Source: a bacterium (lineage in GTDB: Bacteria; UBA8248). Taken from it: a stretch of 64,000 bases of DNA. Below, in pieces: positions 19,054 to 30,502 of this stretch (the first letter of the stretch is position 1; each line of letters starts with the position of its first letter). The notes below the pieces were generated by a model. The model was given only the letters and a program-made list of their open reading frames with translations. It was not told the DNA's origin and ran no database searches. The translations under genes and the position numbers were made by a program. Where the stretch lies: assembly GCA_965202625.1 (NCBI GenBank), contig CBDBBI010000010.1, positions 1,248,001-1,312,000 on the forward strand, given 5' to 3'.

Positions 19054-20280
19054 ATGTATTACGGTTGGTTCATTCTGGCCGGATGCTTCACGATGATGTT
19101 TCTGGGACTGGCGACCAGAAACTCCTTCGGCATCTTCCTCAAGCCGATGATTGAGGATTTCAACCTGAGCCGGGCCGCATTGTCCCTTCCGTTCTCCCTT
19201 TGCCTGATCCTCTATGGCGCGTCCCAACCCCTGGGCGGACTCATGATGCGCCGCTGGGGCCCCAAGACGGTCATCATCTGGGGGTCGATACTGACGACGA
19301 TCCCGATGCTGGGGATCAGCCAGGTGAACTCCATTTGGGGGGTGTATCTGTTCTTCGGCATTCTGCTGGGAATCGGAGGAATCGGCAACAGCGTGACCGC
19401 CTATACGCCGCTGGTGTCCAGCTGGTTCCCGAACAGGCGAGGGCTGGGCATGTCCATCGTCAGCGCCGGCTCGAGCATGGGTCAGCTCATCCTGCTCCCT
19501 CTCTTCGCGTATCTGATAGGCGCTCTCGACTGGAGGACGACTTCGCTCCTCATCGGCGTCCTCTTCTTGTTCACGCTGCTGCCCATTTCGTTTTTCGTGA
19601 TCAAAAACTCTCCAGGCATCGATGAGCTCCCCCTGAAGGAAGCGGGCGGCGGCAATAGCGTCAAAATGGTCGTTCCATACGATTTGCCCTGGGTGCAATG
19701 CCTCCACAAGAAGCCCTTCGTGCTTTTGCTGACGAGCTTTTTCACCTGCGGCTTCACCGTCACCGTGATTTCCGTCCACTGGGTGCCGTTCGCGACGGAC
19801 GTGGGGTTCTCCGCCGCCGTCGCGGCCACCTCGTTCGCCCTGGGCGGCGGTCTCAACACCGTCGGCGTTCTGGCCGTTGGCCCCTTGTCGGACAAAATCG
19901 GCAGGAAAGTCCCCCTGAGCATGATTTACGCCTTCAGGGGTCTCGGATTCATCCTGTTCATCTTCTTCAAAAACGACCTCACCGTATGGGCCACCCCCAT
20001 GATCATCGGTCTCTCCTGGATAGCGACCGTCCCCCTCACCTCGGCGCTGGCGGGAGACTTCTTCGGCTCCAGAAACGTGGCGATACTGTTCGGACTCATC
20101 ACGTTCAGCCACCAGCTCGGCTCAGGTCTGAGCGCCTGGCTGAGCGGATACATCTATGACGTGACCGGCAGCTACAACCTCGCCTTCGCCCTTGCCGCCT
20201 ACCTTTGCTTTCAGGCGGCCGTGATAGTCTCTTTCATCAACGAAAAAGAGGTCCGCATCCCCCAGCTCGCCACAACGTAA
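19054..20280 (+). CDS. MFS transporter
   Basis: About 12 hydrophobic segments, YYGWFI, WFPNRRGLGMSI, GPLSDKIGRK. Confidence 0.93.
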   Translation: MYYGWFILAGCFTMMFLGLATRNSFGIFLKPMIEDFNLSRAALSLPFSLCLILYGASQPLGGLMMRRWGPKTVIIWGSILTTIPMLGISQVNSIWGVYLFFGILLGIGGIGNSVTAYTPLVSSWFPNRRGLGMSIVSAGSSMGQLILLPLFAYLIGALDWRTTSLLIGVLFLFTLLPISFFVIKNSPGIDELPLKEAGGGNSVKMVVPYDLPWVQCLHKKPFVLLLTSFFTCGFTVTVISVHWVPFATDVGFSAAVAATSFALGGGLNTVGVLAVGPLSDKIGRKVPLSMIYAFRGLGFILFIFFKNDLTVWATPMIIGLSWIATVPLTSALAGDFFGSRNVAILFGLITFSHQLGSGLSAWLSGYIYDVTGSYNLAFALAAYLCFQAAVIVSFINEKEVRIPQLATT

Positions 20281-20412
20281 AACGTAATCCTGCGAAAAGG
20301 AAACGCGCGAAATGAAGCATGAATATGCTGATTTGCCACCTTGACGCGCCTTTGCGATAATTTCCTCTCCCTCGCGCGGGGCGGGGCTCCCCCCTTCGTT
20401 TTTGGTGAAGAC

Positions 20413-21756
20413 ATGGACTGCAACTGCTGGCTCCAGTGCATCAACCCTGAGTGCGAGGCGACCTATTCGATTTTCGATTCCATCTATCAGTGCCGCGAAT
20501 GCGAGAGCCTTTTCGAGGTTACGCACGACCTGGAAACCCTGCGAATGCGAAGCGCGTCCGAGTGGCGTCATCTTTTCGACGATCGCTACCAGCGCAACAC
20601 GTGGCCTTACGGCAGCGGCGTCTGGGGAAAAAAGGAGTGGGTTTGCCCGCTGATAGAGGATGAGAACATCATCTCGTTCTACGAGGGCGGGACGAACCTC
20701 TTCTGGGCGAACCGCCTGGGTCGGGAACTCGGGATCGGAGAGTTGTGGATAAAGCAGTGCGGGAACAGTCACACGGGCTCCTTCAAGGATCTCGGCATGA
20801 CGGTCCTCGTATCCGTCGCCCAGCAAATGATGGCCGACGGAAAAAAGCTGCGCGCCCTCGCCTGTGCGTCGACGGGCGATACTTCCGCCGCACTGGCCGC
20901 ATACGCCGCGGCAGCCGACATTCCCGCACTCGTCTTTCTACCACGAGAGAAGGTGTCGGTGGCCCAACTCATCCAGCCCATTGCGAACGGCGCCATCGTG
21001 ATGGCCATCGACGCCGACTTCGACGGCTGCATGCGCATCGTGAGGCAAGTGTGCGAGGAACAGGGGATATATCTCGCCAACAGCATGAACTCGCTGCGCA
21101 TCGAAGGCCAAAAAACCATCAGCATCGAGCTCACCCAGCAGCTCGACTGGGAGGTTCCTGATTTAATCATCATTCCCGGTGGAAACCTCGGAAACGTGAG
21201 TGCCCTGGGCAAAGGCTTCATGCAGATGCGCGACCTGGGGCTGATCGAAAAGCTGCCCCGCATCGTTTGCGCCCAAGCGGAAAAGGCGAATCCCCTATAC
21301 AGAAGTTTTATGACGGGCTTCCAGGAATTTCAGCCCATAGACGCCGAGGCGACGCTGGCTACAGCGATTCAGATCGGGAACCCGGTAAGCCTTGAGAGAG
21401 CGATCAGAACCCTGAAGGCGTTCAATGGCTCCGTCGAGCAGGCGAGCGAGGAGGAATTGTCCAACGCCGCCGCGCGCGCGGACAGTACCGGAATGTATAA
21501 CTGCCCCCAAACGGGCGTGGCGTTGGCCGCTCTTGAGAAAATCATCGCCCGGGGAGAAGTGACGCCGCAAGACCGGGTCGTGGTCATCTCCACGGCGCAT
21601 GGGCTGAAGTTCACCGAATTCAAGGTCAAATACCACCAAAAGGAAATTCCGGGCATTGAGAGCCGGTTCGCCAACGCGCCCATCGAGCTTCCAGAGGATA
21701 TCAACGCGGTTCAAGACGCCATCGAGGAGAAGCTCGAGGCGTTGTCCGTGAAGTGA
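20413..21756 (+). CDS. thrC: Threonine synthase
   Basis: [10 protein letters not shown] (PLP Lys), [30 protein letters not shown]. Confidence 0.95.
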   Translation: MDCNCWLQCINPECEATYSIFDSIYQCRECESLFEVTHDLETLRMRSASEWRHLFDDRYQRNTWPYGSGVWGKKEWVCPLIEDENIISFYEGGTNLFWANRLGRELGIGELWIKQCGNSHTGSFKDLGMTVLVSVAQQMMADGKKLRALACASTGDTSAALAAYAAAADIPALVFLPREKVSVAQLIQPIANGAIVMAIDADFDGCMRIVRQVCEEQGIYLANSMNSLRIEGQKTISIELTQQLDWEVPDLIIIPGGNLGNVSALGKGFMQMRDLGLIEKLPRIVCAQAEKANPLYRSFMTGFQEFQPIDAEATLATAIQIGNPVSLERAIRTLKAFNGSVEQASEEELSNAAARADSTGMYNCPQTGVALAALEKIIARGEVTPQDRVVVISTAHGLKFTEFKVKYHQKEIPGIESRFANAPIELPEDINAVQDAIEEKLEALSVK

Positions 21757-21799
21757 CGGCTCTCATTCCCCCCATCCATGAAACGGGAGATGCGCCGCG

Positions 21800-22954
21800 T
21801 TGCCTAAAAACATGAGGAGAGACGAGCGACGGCAGGCGAAAAACGCGCTTGCACCGCCCATTTTCCAAACCGCAACTTTCACCTTTGACAGCACGGACGA
21901 TCTGGAAGCCTTTCACGCAGGGCAGAAGGACGCCTTTCTCTACTCGAGGTTTGGAAACCCAACAAACGAATCCGCCGAACGCCGACTCGCCCTCATGGAA
22001 GGCGCGCAAGCCTCTCTGCTGTATTCCAGCGGCATGGCGGCAATCGCCTCCGTGTTTCTCTCCCTCCTCGCACCGGGGGCGCGCATCGCCGTCGCTCGAG
22101 AATCCTATCGACACACGAGGGACGTCCTGGAGGGCCTCATTTCACGGTATGGCGTCCTCGTCGACGTTTCGCCGGACAACTCGGCAGAATCCCTGAAAGC
22201 ACTCCCCCACGAACGGGTGCGGGTGTTGTTCGCAGAAATTCCCTCCAACCCCACGCTGCGCATACCGGACGTCGAGAAAATGGCCGAATGGGCGCGAGAG
22301 AGAAAGGCCAGATTCGTCGTGGACGCCACCACCGCGTCTCCCGCGCTGTTTCGCCCGCTGGCACACGGGGCGGACTTGGCCATCCAAAGCGCGACGAAAT
22401 ACATCGGCGGGCACAACGACGTCGTCGCAGGCGCGGCGTCGGGCGGTTCCGACATGGTGGACGCGCTGCGCGAGCAACAGGTCTTGCTGGGCTCCATCCT
22501 CGGGCCGCAGGAGGCGTTTTTGGTTGAACGCGGCCTGAAAACGCTCGAGCTGCGCGTCCGGCGCATGAGCGACACCGCCCTCAAACTCGCTGAATTTCTA
22601 TCGGGGCACCGCAAAGTGTCCCGCGTCCACTACCCAGGTCTTGCATCTCATCCGGATCACGCGCAAGCCGTCAGATACATGGACGCTTTTGGCGGGCTGA
22701 TGAGTTTTGAACTCGATGGCGACCCTGAGAAGGCCGACAACCTCGTGAACTCTCTCCAAATTCCCGTATTCGCCGCCGGCTTCGGCGGCACGGAGAGCCA
22801 GATAGAGCATCACGTCAACATGGCGTATGCCGACATCGGGAGGGAGAGCGCGAGAGGTCGAGGCGTTTCAGCGGGATTGATTCGATACTCAACGGGGCTT
22901 GAGGACTTCGAGGTCTTAAGAGACGACCTCGCCGAGGGGTTGGAAAAGATATGA
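21800..22954 (+). CDS. Cys/Met trans-sulfuration PLP enzyme (cystathionine gamma-synthase/lyase family)
   Basis: YSRFGNPT, SSGMAAI, EIPSNPTL, QSATKYIGGHNDV, VHYPGL, IRYSTGLED. Start uncertain. Confidence 0.92.
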   Translation: MPKNMRRDERRQAKNALAPPIFQTATFTFDSTDDLEAFHAGQKDAFLYSRFGNPTNESAERRLALMEGAQASLLYSSGMAAIASVFLSLLAPGARIAVARESYRHTRDVLEGLISRYGVLVDVSPDNSAESLKALPHERVRVLFAEIPSNPTLRIPDVEKMAEWARERKARFVVDATTASPALFRPLAHGADLAIQSATKYIGGHNDVVAGAASGGSDMVDALREQQVLLGSILGPQEAFLVERGLKTLELRVRRMSDTALKLAEFLSGHRKVSRVHYPGLASHPDHAQAVRYMDAFGGLMSFELDGDPEKADNLVNSLQIPVFAAGFGGTESQIEHHVNMAYADIGRESARGRGVSAGLIRYSTGLEDFEVLRDDLAEGLEKI

Positions 22955-23579
22955 GGGCATGGATCAAATTTTGCCGCGCATACGCTCGGTTGCCTGATCC
23001 GTCAGCCAGCGGGTGCGTATCCACATTTCTTTCCCCTCCCAGCACCCCGATTTGCACCCGAACCCTGGTGAAGCCACCTCTGTCGCCGGAGATGACGGCG
23101 AGGCACGTGCCGGGCTTCAGCCTATACGGATAAAGAAAACCGCGCGGCTCCCTGTATCCGCCCGCATAATGGAGCGGCAACCCCCGATACGTGCGGCGCA
23201 CGCACATCGTCCCCGCGCGCGTTTTTTCTTTGTTGGCATCGGCGGGCTTGCTGGCCAACTTCTTCTCAGGAGCCTGCTTTTTAGCGAGGGGAGAGACTCC
23301 ATCGCTTTCGCCTTCCGTCTCCCTCTCTCTTCCCTATGGTTGCTATCATGTCTTGAATCTGCAATTTGAATTCGCTTAACGACCTGCCATGGTCGCCAGA
23401 ATCTGCGTGTGCGCGAGAAGCTGACTGCGAACGACGTGAATCTCCTTTTGGGTTCGCTCTCGCTCCCTCTCGTATTCCGCTTGCGTCACCACCAGGCCGC
23501 AACCGCAGAGCGACGCCATGCACCCACAATGTGGGGCGCGCTTCATGCAGCCGTTGGATCCGCAAGGCGCCTTTTCGGC

Positions 23580-24416
23580 TCATACGGGATACCATCCCTC
23601 AATAGGTGGCATCACCACCAATTCGCTTTGCAATTCGACGACTCCGGCGTATCCCTCAGCGATCGATTCGGCCAACTCCTTCTCCTCATCGCTATTCACG
23701 CGCCCATGCAAAAGCAATTTGCCAGGCTGGAGACAATCCACGACGACGCCGCTCGCGTCAATGCGTTCATCCGTCATGATCGTCGCCTTGATCTTCTGCG
23801 CAAAAGCCAGATTCTGGAGTTTTTGGGATCGCGATGGTTGAAGTTGCGAGAAATCTTCATTTTTCAACGCCTTCACCAGCAAACGCACCACCATATCCTC
23901 ATCAAACAAGCCCGTGTTCAATATGACGTCGAAATAACTCGGGTCTCCCCATCGGACATCGAAAAAATGGCGCGTATACGCCATTCTCTGGTGATCGTTA
24001 TGCTGAATGAACTGCTCCGCCAGTGCGGAGGCGATGCCCTCGTTCCGCATGATCGCGCGCTTGCGATAATCCTGGGGTGCCACGATGCGCACTCGAAACA
24101 CGCCCTCAATTCCCTGCAAGAGGATATGGGAGCCTCGGCCCAGTATGACGAAGTTGCTCTTCAAGGCCGATTCATACACGATGGCGCGCATGATATCGAG
24201 ATATACGAGCTGCCTGTCCCGAAAAAAGCGATCTATCAAGCCGGGCTTTCTCTCGTCCACCTGCTCCAGCTCGGCCCGAACGTAGCCATAAGATTGCGCG
24301 GCGTCTGCGAATCCATCGTTGTCCAGGAGCGACCACCCCAACTCTTCGGCCACTCTCTTGCCAATCACATCACCACCGCTTCCCAGCTCCCTTGAGATCG
24401 TCAGAATGCCCATCAT
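23580..24416 (-). CDS. Cytidylate kinase-like protein with C-terminal BON domain
   Basis: LTISRELGSGG, VILGRG, YTRHFF...WGDPSYFDVILNT; C-terminal BON (LLHGRVNSDEEKELAESIA...GVVELQSEL). Confidence 0.88.
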   Translation of the reverse strand: MMGILTISRELGSGGDVIGKRVAEELGWSLLDNDGFADAAQSYGYVRAELEQVDERKPGLIDRFFRDRQLVYLDIMRAIVYESALKSNFVILGRGSHILLQGIEGVFRVRIVAPQDYRKRAIMRNEGIASALAEQFIQHNDHQRMAYTRHFFDVRWGDPSYFDVILNTGLFDEDMVVRLLVKALKNEDFSQLQPSRSQKLQNLAFAQKIKATIMTDERIDASGVVVDCLQPGKLLLHGRVNSDEEKELAESIAEGYAGVVELQSELVVMPPIEGWYPV

Positions 24417-24548
24417 CAGCCCTCCAGGCTAAGAGTGGCGACCACGAAGCGGGCGGGATGAGGCGCGGCGACTGCCACCTCCCTCCAGAACGCTCCTTCA
24501 CGACTATCACTCAGCGACTTTGCCACGCCGAACTACGGCTCACAACCA

Positions 24549-24780
24549 TCAGGACGACATCAGAACAGACGCCAACTCGATCGCCTCGGCCATCATTTGC
24601 GACGCGCCCTCCTGAGCCGTTCTCACCTCAAAATAGAGATTTTCGGGCTCCAATTCAATCGCCCTCTGCATCATGGGAACCGATTTCGCCCGTCCTCCGC
24701 TCCCGTGATGCAACCCGGCAAGGGCACCCCGATACGCCGGCGCATCTCGGCGTCGTTCGCGTCCCATTCACCCGCTCTTC
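24549..24780 (-). pseudogene. Possible TPR-protein remnant
   Basis: PAYRGALAGLHHGSGGRAKSVPMMQRAIELEPENLYFE resembles one TPR unit, but no intact ORF surrounds it. Confidence 0.35.
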
Positions 24781-25008
24781 GATAGAGGAGAATCGCCTCT
24801 TTGCCCAGGACCTTGGATTCGAGAAGCGCGCCAGTCCGTCTATAGCAGTCCGTCTATAGAAGGAGGAATACAACTGCGGGTGGAAAATACGCGCGTTTAT
24901 ATGGCACAGGGCTTTCTCCAGAAAAGCGTCAGCGACAAATCCTCAGCGAGACAGCCTCAGCCACATCCTATCAAAACGCTCAAAACCCAAGCCAATTCGC
25001 ATTTCGCG

Positions 25009-26319
25009 TCAAGATCGCTCCGCCATCACGTGAAACCAGAAAACTTCCTGTCCCCACCCATCGCCGAGGATGAGACGATCCTGCCCGGCCGGTGCCAGCC
25101 ACGCTCTGCGGGGGGCACCCCGGGCCACGTCCTTGTGGGTGAGGGCAGGATTCTCGCCGCCTCGGAGAAGTCCGAGTCTCGTGTAGGCCGCCTTGATCGC
25201 CGTCTCGGCGGAAAAAGCCTTTGGGCGAGACACGAAATACACCCGATAGGTTTGTGATTCGCCTCGGAGTCTTATCGTGAAATAAGAGTTCGCATCGGGT
25301 CGCAACAAGGTCGCTCCCCCTCGCCTTGCGCTCGATCCCAGAACCTGAGAGACCCTCCCGCGTCTATCAATCGAAAACCCATATACATACAAAGGCGCGT
25401 GGACCCGCAACCTTCCGAGAACGAGCGCGTCCGGACGCAGCGTCTCCCCGCCGTAGAGTCTTCTTCTAGTCCCCTCCCTGTCCATTTCCTCGACGTAAGC
25501 CTCAAAAGAGGGATTTCCCCATGACTTTGGGCGCACGGGCTTTTTTCGGGGGCGGGGAGGCATCCTCTTCGTCAGCCATTTTCGGGGAATCGAGCGAACC
25601 GGCAACGCCCCTCTGGCGTAGGCGAGATATGGGCGAGACAATTTTTGGCGAATCGGCTCTCCGAAAATGTCCTCCGCCCCTCGCCTGTAATCCTCAGAGA
25701 AAGCGGGCGCGTTCTGCACGATTGAAGCCCATATCCGAATGCGATTCTCCCCCAGGGCGTACCCGCCATATATCGCCGCCTCCGCCCCCAGCATCGAGGC
25801 AGCATATACCGCCGAATCCTCCCCATATGGGCCTGCGCGCACCTTTGGCCACAAGCCCTCCAAAGGATGATCGGCGTCGAGTGCCCGCGCGGAGGAACGC
25901 CTCGTTTCAACGGCGTCATTCCGCCCCCCGAAACGCTGCGCTCCACGGGTGAAGAACGCCTCCTGCCACCGCACGCTCGTCTCCCGGTCAACGACGTGAA
26001 AAACGTCCGAAGCGCCCAGCAAGCGCCGGAGCACCCGTTCCAACCGAAGGCTCAAGTGCGTTCGCGCACCCGAGTGCGCCTCTGAGAACGTGGCAAGAAC
26101 CACGCGCAACGGTTCATCCTTCTCACCATATCTCGGAGGTTTTCGATATTCGCCGTCTTTCAGCGACACCGCCAGCGCGTCAATCAGCCCTTGCGCCGCC
26201 TTCTCCAGCACAGTATGACGCTCTCCGGCGTCGCGCCAGGGGATGGGTTCGTATCGGGGGGCGCAAGAGGTCACCAAAAGCACGGAGAGGAGGAGGAAAA
26301 ACCTGAGCGACCGATACAC
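25009..26319 (-). CDS. Hypothetical lipoprotein (FlgO/CsgG-like N domain, DUF4384-like C domain)
   Basis: Lipobox LVTSC; VVLATFS...FHVVDRE; C-terminal LYVYGFSIDRRGRVSQV; directly downstream of kdsA. Confidence 0.65.
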   Translation of the reverse strand: MYRSLRFFLLLSVLLVTSCAPRYEPIPWRDAGERHTVLEKAAQGLIDALAVSLKDGEYRKPPRYGEKDEPLRVVLATFSEAHSGARTHLSLRLERVLRRLLGASDVFHVVDRETSVRWQEAFFTRGAQRFGGRNDAVETRRSSARALDADHPLEGLWPKVRAGPYGEDSAVYAASMLGAEAAIYGGYALGENRIRIWASIVQNAPAFSEDYRRGAEDIFGEPIRQKLSRPYLAYARGALPVRSIPRKWLTKRMPPRPRKKPVRPKSWGNPSFEAYVEEMDREGTRRRLYGGETLRPDALVLGRLRVHAPLYVYGFSIDRRGRVSQVLGSSARRGGATLLRPDANSYFTIRLRGESQTYRVYFVSRPKAFSAETAIKAAYTRLGLLRGGENPALTHKDVARGAPRRAWLAPAGQDRLILGDGWGQEVFWFHVMAERS

Positions 26320-26330
26320 TTCCCAGAATC

Positions 26331-27161
26331 CTACCGGGAGTCGAGGCGCGCCGCGTTGATTGCGCGCAAAGAAGCGAGAAGGGAATCCAGCTCGGCGACG
26401 TCTATCATGTTGGGGCCATCGGAGAGCGCCTCATCGGGCTTGGGGTGGCATTCGAGAAAAAACCCGTCCACGCCCACGCCGGCCGCCGCGCGCGCGAGAT
26501 AGGGAACCATGCGCCTGTCCCCGCCTGAGCTTTCGCCAAGCCCACCCGGTGCCTGCACGCTGTGCGTCGCGTCGAAAACGACCGGATACCCAGCCTCGCG
26601 CATCTTCACGAGCGCGCGCATGTCGCTGACCAGGTTGTGATAGCCGAAACTCGTCCCTCTTTCAGTAAGAAGTATCTGCCGACAACCCGCGTCTTCGAGT
26701 TTTCCCACCACGTTTTTCATGTCCTCAGGCGCCATGAACTGCCCCTTTTTCACGTTGACGGGCTTTCCGGTTCGTCCCGCCGCGTGAAGGAGGTCTGTCT
26801 GGCGACATAAAAAAGCCGGAATCTGAACGGCGTCCAGCACGCAGGCCGCCCGTTCGGCCTCCTCCGGGCTATGGACGTCCGACATCACCGGAAGGCCGGT
26901 TTCCTCTCTCACCATCTCGAGCGTCCTCAAACCCTCATCAATGCCGGGTCCTCGGGGAGAACGCCCGGAGCTTCGGTTCGCCTTGTCATAGGAGGCCTTG
27001 AAAACCCCGCCCACGCCGCATTCGTCGGTCGCTTTTTTGACTGCCTCCGCACATTTTCTCGTCAACTCAGCGCTCTCGAGCAGACAAGGCCCCGCGATGA
27101 CGCATATCGCGCCTTCCTCCCCAAAGGCCACGTCTCCAATTTCCACTATTTTTCGCGACAT
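26331..27161 (-). CDS. kdsA: 3-deoxy-8-phosphooctulonate (KDO8P) synthase
   Basis: IAGPCLLES, KASYDKANRSS, QIPAFLCRQTDL, KKGQF, FDATHSVQAPGG, SDGPN. Confidence 0.97.
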   Translation of the reverse strand: MSRKIVEIGDVAFGEEGAICVIAGPCLLESAELTRKCAEAVKKATDECGVGGVFKASYDKANRSSGRSPRGPGIDEGLRTLEMVREETGLPVMSDVHSPEEAERAACVLDAVQIPAFLCRQTDLLHAAGRTGKPVNVKKGQFMAPEDMKNVVGKLEDAGCRQILLTERGTSFGYHNLVSDMRALVKMREAGYPVVFDATHSVQAPGGLGESSGGDRRMVPYLARAAAGVGVDGFFLECHPKPDEALSDGPNMIDVAELDSLLASLRAINAARLDSR

Positions 27162-27209
27162 ATCCGCATCTTTTTCCGGCGACGCTCCCTCAAACACGAG
27201 ACGAACACT

Positions 27210-28820
27210 CTAATCGAACAACTCCCCGTTCGCTTTCTTCGCGGCGGCGATGAACCCGCGAAACAAGGGATGCGGCGCGTAGGGCGTGCTCTTGAATTCA
27301 GGGTGAAACTGGCACCCGATGAAGTAAGGGTGTTCGGGCAACTCTATGACCTCGACGAGACGCTCATCCGGCGAGAGGCCGCTGAAGCGAAGTCCGTTCT
27401 CCTCCAAAGACTTCCGGTAGAGGTTGTTCAGCTCATACCTATGGCGGTGCCGCTCCTGGAAATGTGGTGCCCCATCATACATTTCCGAAGCTAGGGAGTT
27501 GGGCCGCAAAACCCCCGAATAGGCGCCCAGCCGCATCGTTCCCCCCATGTCCACCCCCTTCTGGTCCGACATGAGGGCCACGACAGGATGGGGTGTATCA
27601 TGCGCGAACTCCGCGCTGTTCGCAGCCCCCAGTCCACAGACGTTTCTCGAATACTCTACGATCGCGCATTGCATCCCCAAGCAAATGCCGAGGAAGGGAA
27701 CCAGCCGCTCCCGCGCATACTTCACGGCAGCGATCTTCCCCTCTATTCCCCGCTCGCCGAACCCTCCGGGTATGAGAATTCCATGCGCATGAGACAGCAG
27801 AGACGCACTCCCCCGCCGCTCTATCTCCTCGCTGTCCACGTAATGCAGATTCACCTGAACGTCGTTTCCAAAACCCGCGTGGGTCAAGGCTTCGGACAAC
27901 GATTTGTACGACTCCTTGAGGTCCACGTATTTCCCGACGATGGCAACGTTGCTATTGATTTTCGGTTCCTTCTCCTTGCGTACAATTTCCTCCCAAACGC
28001 GCAGGTTGGGTGCGCGCGCGTTCTCAAGTCCCAGCAAATCCACCAAAATCCCGTCCAGCCCCTCCTCGTTGAATTTTAAGGGCACCTCATAGACGCAATT
28101 CACGTCGATCGCCGTGATCACCGCACTGGGCGGCACGTTGCAAAACAGGGAAATTTTGCGCTTCACGTCCTCCGCCAGGGGCATCTGCGTTCTGCATAAG
28201 AGGATGTCTGGCTGAATCCCGATCTCCCGGAGCTTCATGACGGAGTGCTGGGTCGGCTTGGTTTTCAACTCCTCGGAGGTTTTGACATACGGCACGAGGG
28301 TTACGTGGACATGGATGACGCTCCCCGGCTCGTTGTCGAAGCGAAACTGGCGAATCGCCTCAAGGAAGGGGAGACTTTCGATGTCGCCCACCGTTCCTCC
28401 GATCTCGCAAATCACGACGTCCTCGCCATTGTCCACCTGGCGGATGCAGCGCTTGATCTCATCCGTGATATGGGGAATCACCTGGACGGTTCCGCCCAGG
28501 TAGCCGCCCACGCGCTCTTTCGTGATCACGTTGTAATAGATGCGGCCGGCAGTGTAGTTGTTTTCCTTCCTCATGCGCGCGTGGGTGAAACGCTCGTAGT
28601 GGCCCAAGTCGAGGTCCGTCTCGGCGCCGTCGTCGGTCACGAATACCTCCCCGTGCTGGAAGGGACTCATCGTTCCCGGATCGATGTTCAGATAGGGGTC
28701 TAGCTTCTGGAGGTTCACGCGTAAACCACGGGCCTCAAGGAGCGCGCCGATGGACGCGGAAGCAAGACCCTTTCCCAGAGAGCTCAGGACGCCTCCCGTC
28801 ACAAAGACATATTTGGCCAC
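27210..28820 (-). CDS. pyrG: CTP synthase
   Basis: [59 protein letters not shown]. Confidence 0.99.
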   Translation of the reverse strand: MAKYVFVTGGVLSSLGKGLASASIGALLEARGLRVNLQKLDPYLNIDPGTMSPFQHGEVFVTDDGAETDLDLGHYERFTHARMRKENNYTAGRIYYNVITKERVGGYLGGTVQVIPHITDEIKRCIRQVDNGEDVVICEIGGTVGDIESLPFLEAIRQFRFDNEPGSVIHVHVTLVPYVKTSEELKTKPTQHSVMKLREIGIQPDILLCRTQMPLAEDVKRKISLFCNVPPSAVITAIDVNCVYEVPLKFNEEGLDGILVDLLGLENARAPNLRVWEEIVRKEKEPKINSNVAIVGKYVDLKESYKSLSEALTHAGFGNDVQVNLHYVDSEEIERRGSASLLSHAHGILIPGGFGERGIEGKIAAVKYARERLVPFLGICLGMQCAIVEYSRNVCGLGAANSAEFAHDTPHPVVALMSDQKGVDMGGTMRLGAYSGVLRPNSLASEMYDGAPHFQERHRHRYELNNLYRKSLEENGLRFSGLSPDERLVEVIELPEHPYFIGCQFHPEFKSTPYAPHPLFRGFIAAAKKANGELFD

Positions 28821-29638
28821 CTACCCTTCTCCTCCTCAAGCGCGCCGCGCGTCGCCCCATCTCTCAGAAGACGCTCCCGATCTCGGGGCGCGTCCACCCC
28901 TACCACGTCTCTCGCTATTTCCACGACGCAAATAGCAGTGCCGTCCTCGAGCGCGCGCAGCTGCTCCAAACGCTCCAACCTCTCCAGCGGAGTGGGCCGC
29001 AAACGCGCGAATCGCAACAGGCTCTCCTTTCTGTAAGCGTAGAACCCGACGTGCTTCAACGGCTTGGGAGAAACTTCCTCCCATTTTTCGGCGATTTTCT
29101 CATACGCCCTCCCCTCGCCCAAGAGAACGTCCCTCGGGTAGGGCACGGGGGCGCGAGAAAAATGCAACGCATCACCATCCCCGCCTCTGATCACCTTCAC
29201 CACGTTGGGGTCCAGAAATCCCTCCAGCGAGTCGAGCCTCACTGCCAGCGTCGACATCTCCAAGCGACCTTCCTTAACCAAAGGCCGAACGCCGGCGTCA
29301 ATGTCGTCCGGATGAATGAGGGGTTCGTCACCCTGGACGTTCACGATCACGTCCGCGTCTTCCTCGACGGCGACCTCGGCCACCCTGTCGGTACCGCTGG
29401 GGTGATCGCCGCGAGTCATCCTCACCCTTCCACCAAATCCGCGCACCGCATCCGCGATTCGCGCATCATCGGTGGCGACTAGGACGGAATCCACCAACGC
29501 CGCCCTTGAAGCGCGCCTATAGACGTATTCAACCATGGGACGCCCGCACAAAGAAGCTAGGGGCTTTCCCGGATACCGCGTGGAGGCCCACCGGGCGGGT
29601 ATGACGACGAGGACCCGACCGCCTCTCATTCTCGCCAC
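28799..29638 (-). CDS. kdsB: 3-deoxy-manno-octulosonate cytidylyltransferase
   Basis: [38 protein letters not shown]. Confidence 0.96.
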   Translation of the reverse strand: MARMRGGRVLVVIPARWASTRYPGKPLASLCGRPMVEYVYRRASRAALVDSVLVATDDARIADAVRGFGGRVRMTRGDHPSGTDRVAEVAVEEDADVIVNVQGDEPLIHPDDIDAGVRPLVKEGRLEMSTLAVRLDSLEGFLDPNVVKVIRGGDGDALHFSRAPVPYPRDVLLGEGRAYEKIAEKWEEVSPKPLKHVGFYAYRKESLLRFARLRPTPLERLERLEQLRALEDGTAICVVEIARDVVGVDAPRDRERLLRDGATRGALEEEKGRWPNMSL

Positions 29639-29650
29639 CCACGAGGCAGC

Positions 29651-30423
29651 CTAATACGCATTTTTGTTCATCAGCCCCTGCCAGATAGTGAGCCACAAGA
29701 TTTTGACGTCAAAGCCAAAAGACCAATTCTCGATATAATGCAAGTCAAACTCGACTCTTTTCTCTATTGGAGTGTTCCCACGCCACCCATTCACCTGCAC
29801 CCAAACCGTCATTCCGGCTTTCATCTTGTGGCACAGCATGCAGCCGGGCACGAATTCCCTGAACTGCTCGACGAAGACCGGGCGTTCGGGCGGGTACCCA
29901 CCAAGCTCATCTCACCGCGCAGCACGTTGAACAGTTGCGGCAATTCATCAAGGCCCGTCTTTCTGAGGAGTGCGCCAAACGCCGTGCGCCGCTCATCGTC
30001 CTCTCGCACCCAAACCGCTTCCGATTCCTCCGCCGCATCCTCCTTCATAGAGCGAAACTTGTACATTCGAAATCGAACGCCGTCCAGGCCCATTCTCTCC
30101 TGCCCATAAAGGACGGGACCCAGGCTCGTCCACTTCACGATGAGCGCGAGGGCTCCCAGAGACATATGATTTCCTGGACGCTCCTAAGACGGGACCGGTG
30201 ATAGTAGATAGTAGAGATGCGAGATTCTCGAACCGATGAGCCAGGCGATGAGAATCAAGGGAAGCAAAAAAAGATAAAGGCTAAAATAGGGATACCCGCG
30301 CAGAATAGGAATGACGCCCGAGTCGAAGCGCAGCCAGTATGCAGCGATCCATGCGAGGGTGAGCGCGACGATGTGCCCCAGAAAAAAAAGGAGCACGTTG
30401 AGATGTCCATATTTTCTCAGCAC
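29651..30423 (-). pseudogene. Undecaprenyl-phosphate glycosylphosphotransferase (WcaJ-like) pseudogene
   Basis: Three fragments: N-terminal TM part (AWIAAYWLRFDSG); QERMGLDG..FRMYKFRSM..LDELPQLFNVLRGEMSLVG; and, after a frameshift, KAGMTVWVQVNGWRG..DLHYIENWS. The central region is missing. Confidence 0.85.
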
Positions 30424-30502
30424 GATTCCGCGCTCCTCATCACATCCGGCCAACGTGTCCAGTGAAAGACGCTCTCTGGTGGGCGCGTTTTCTCCGCATC
30501 GT

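Noticed and set aside
22951-23400. Possible SH3-like small gene on the minus strand
   Set aside because: No clear start, the frame runs into the convergent gene, and the motif resemblance is too weak.
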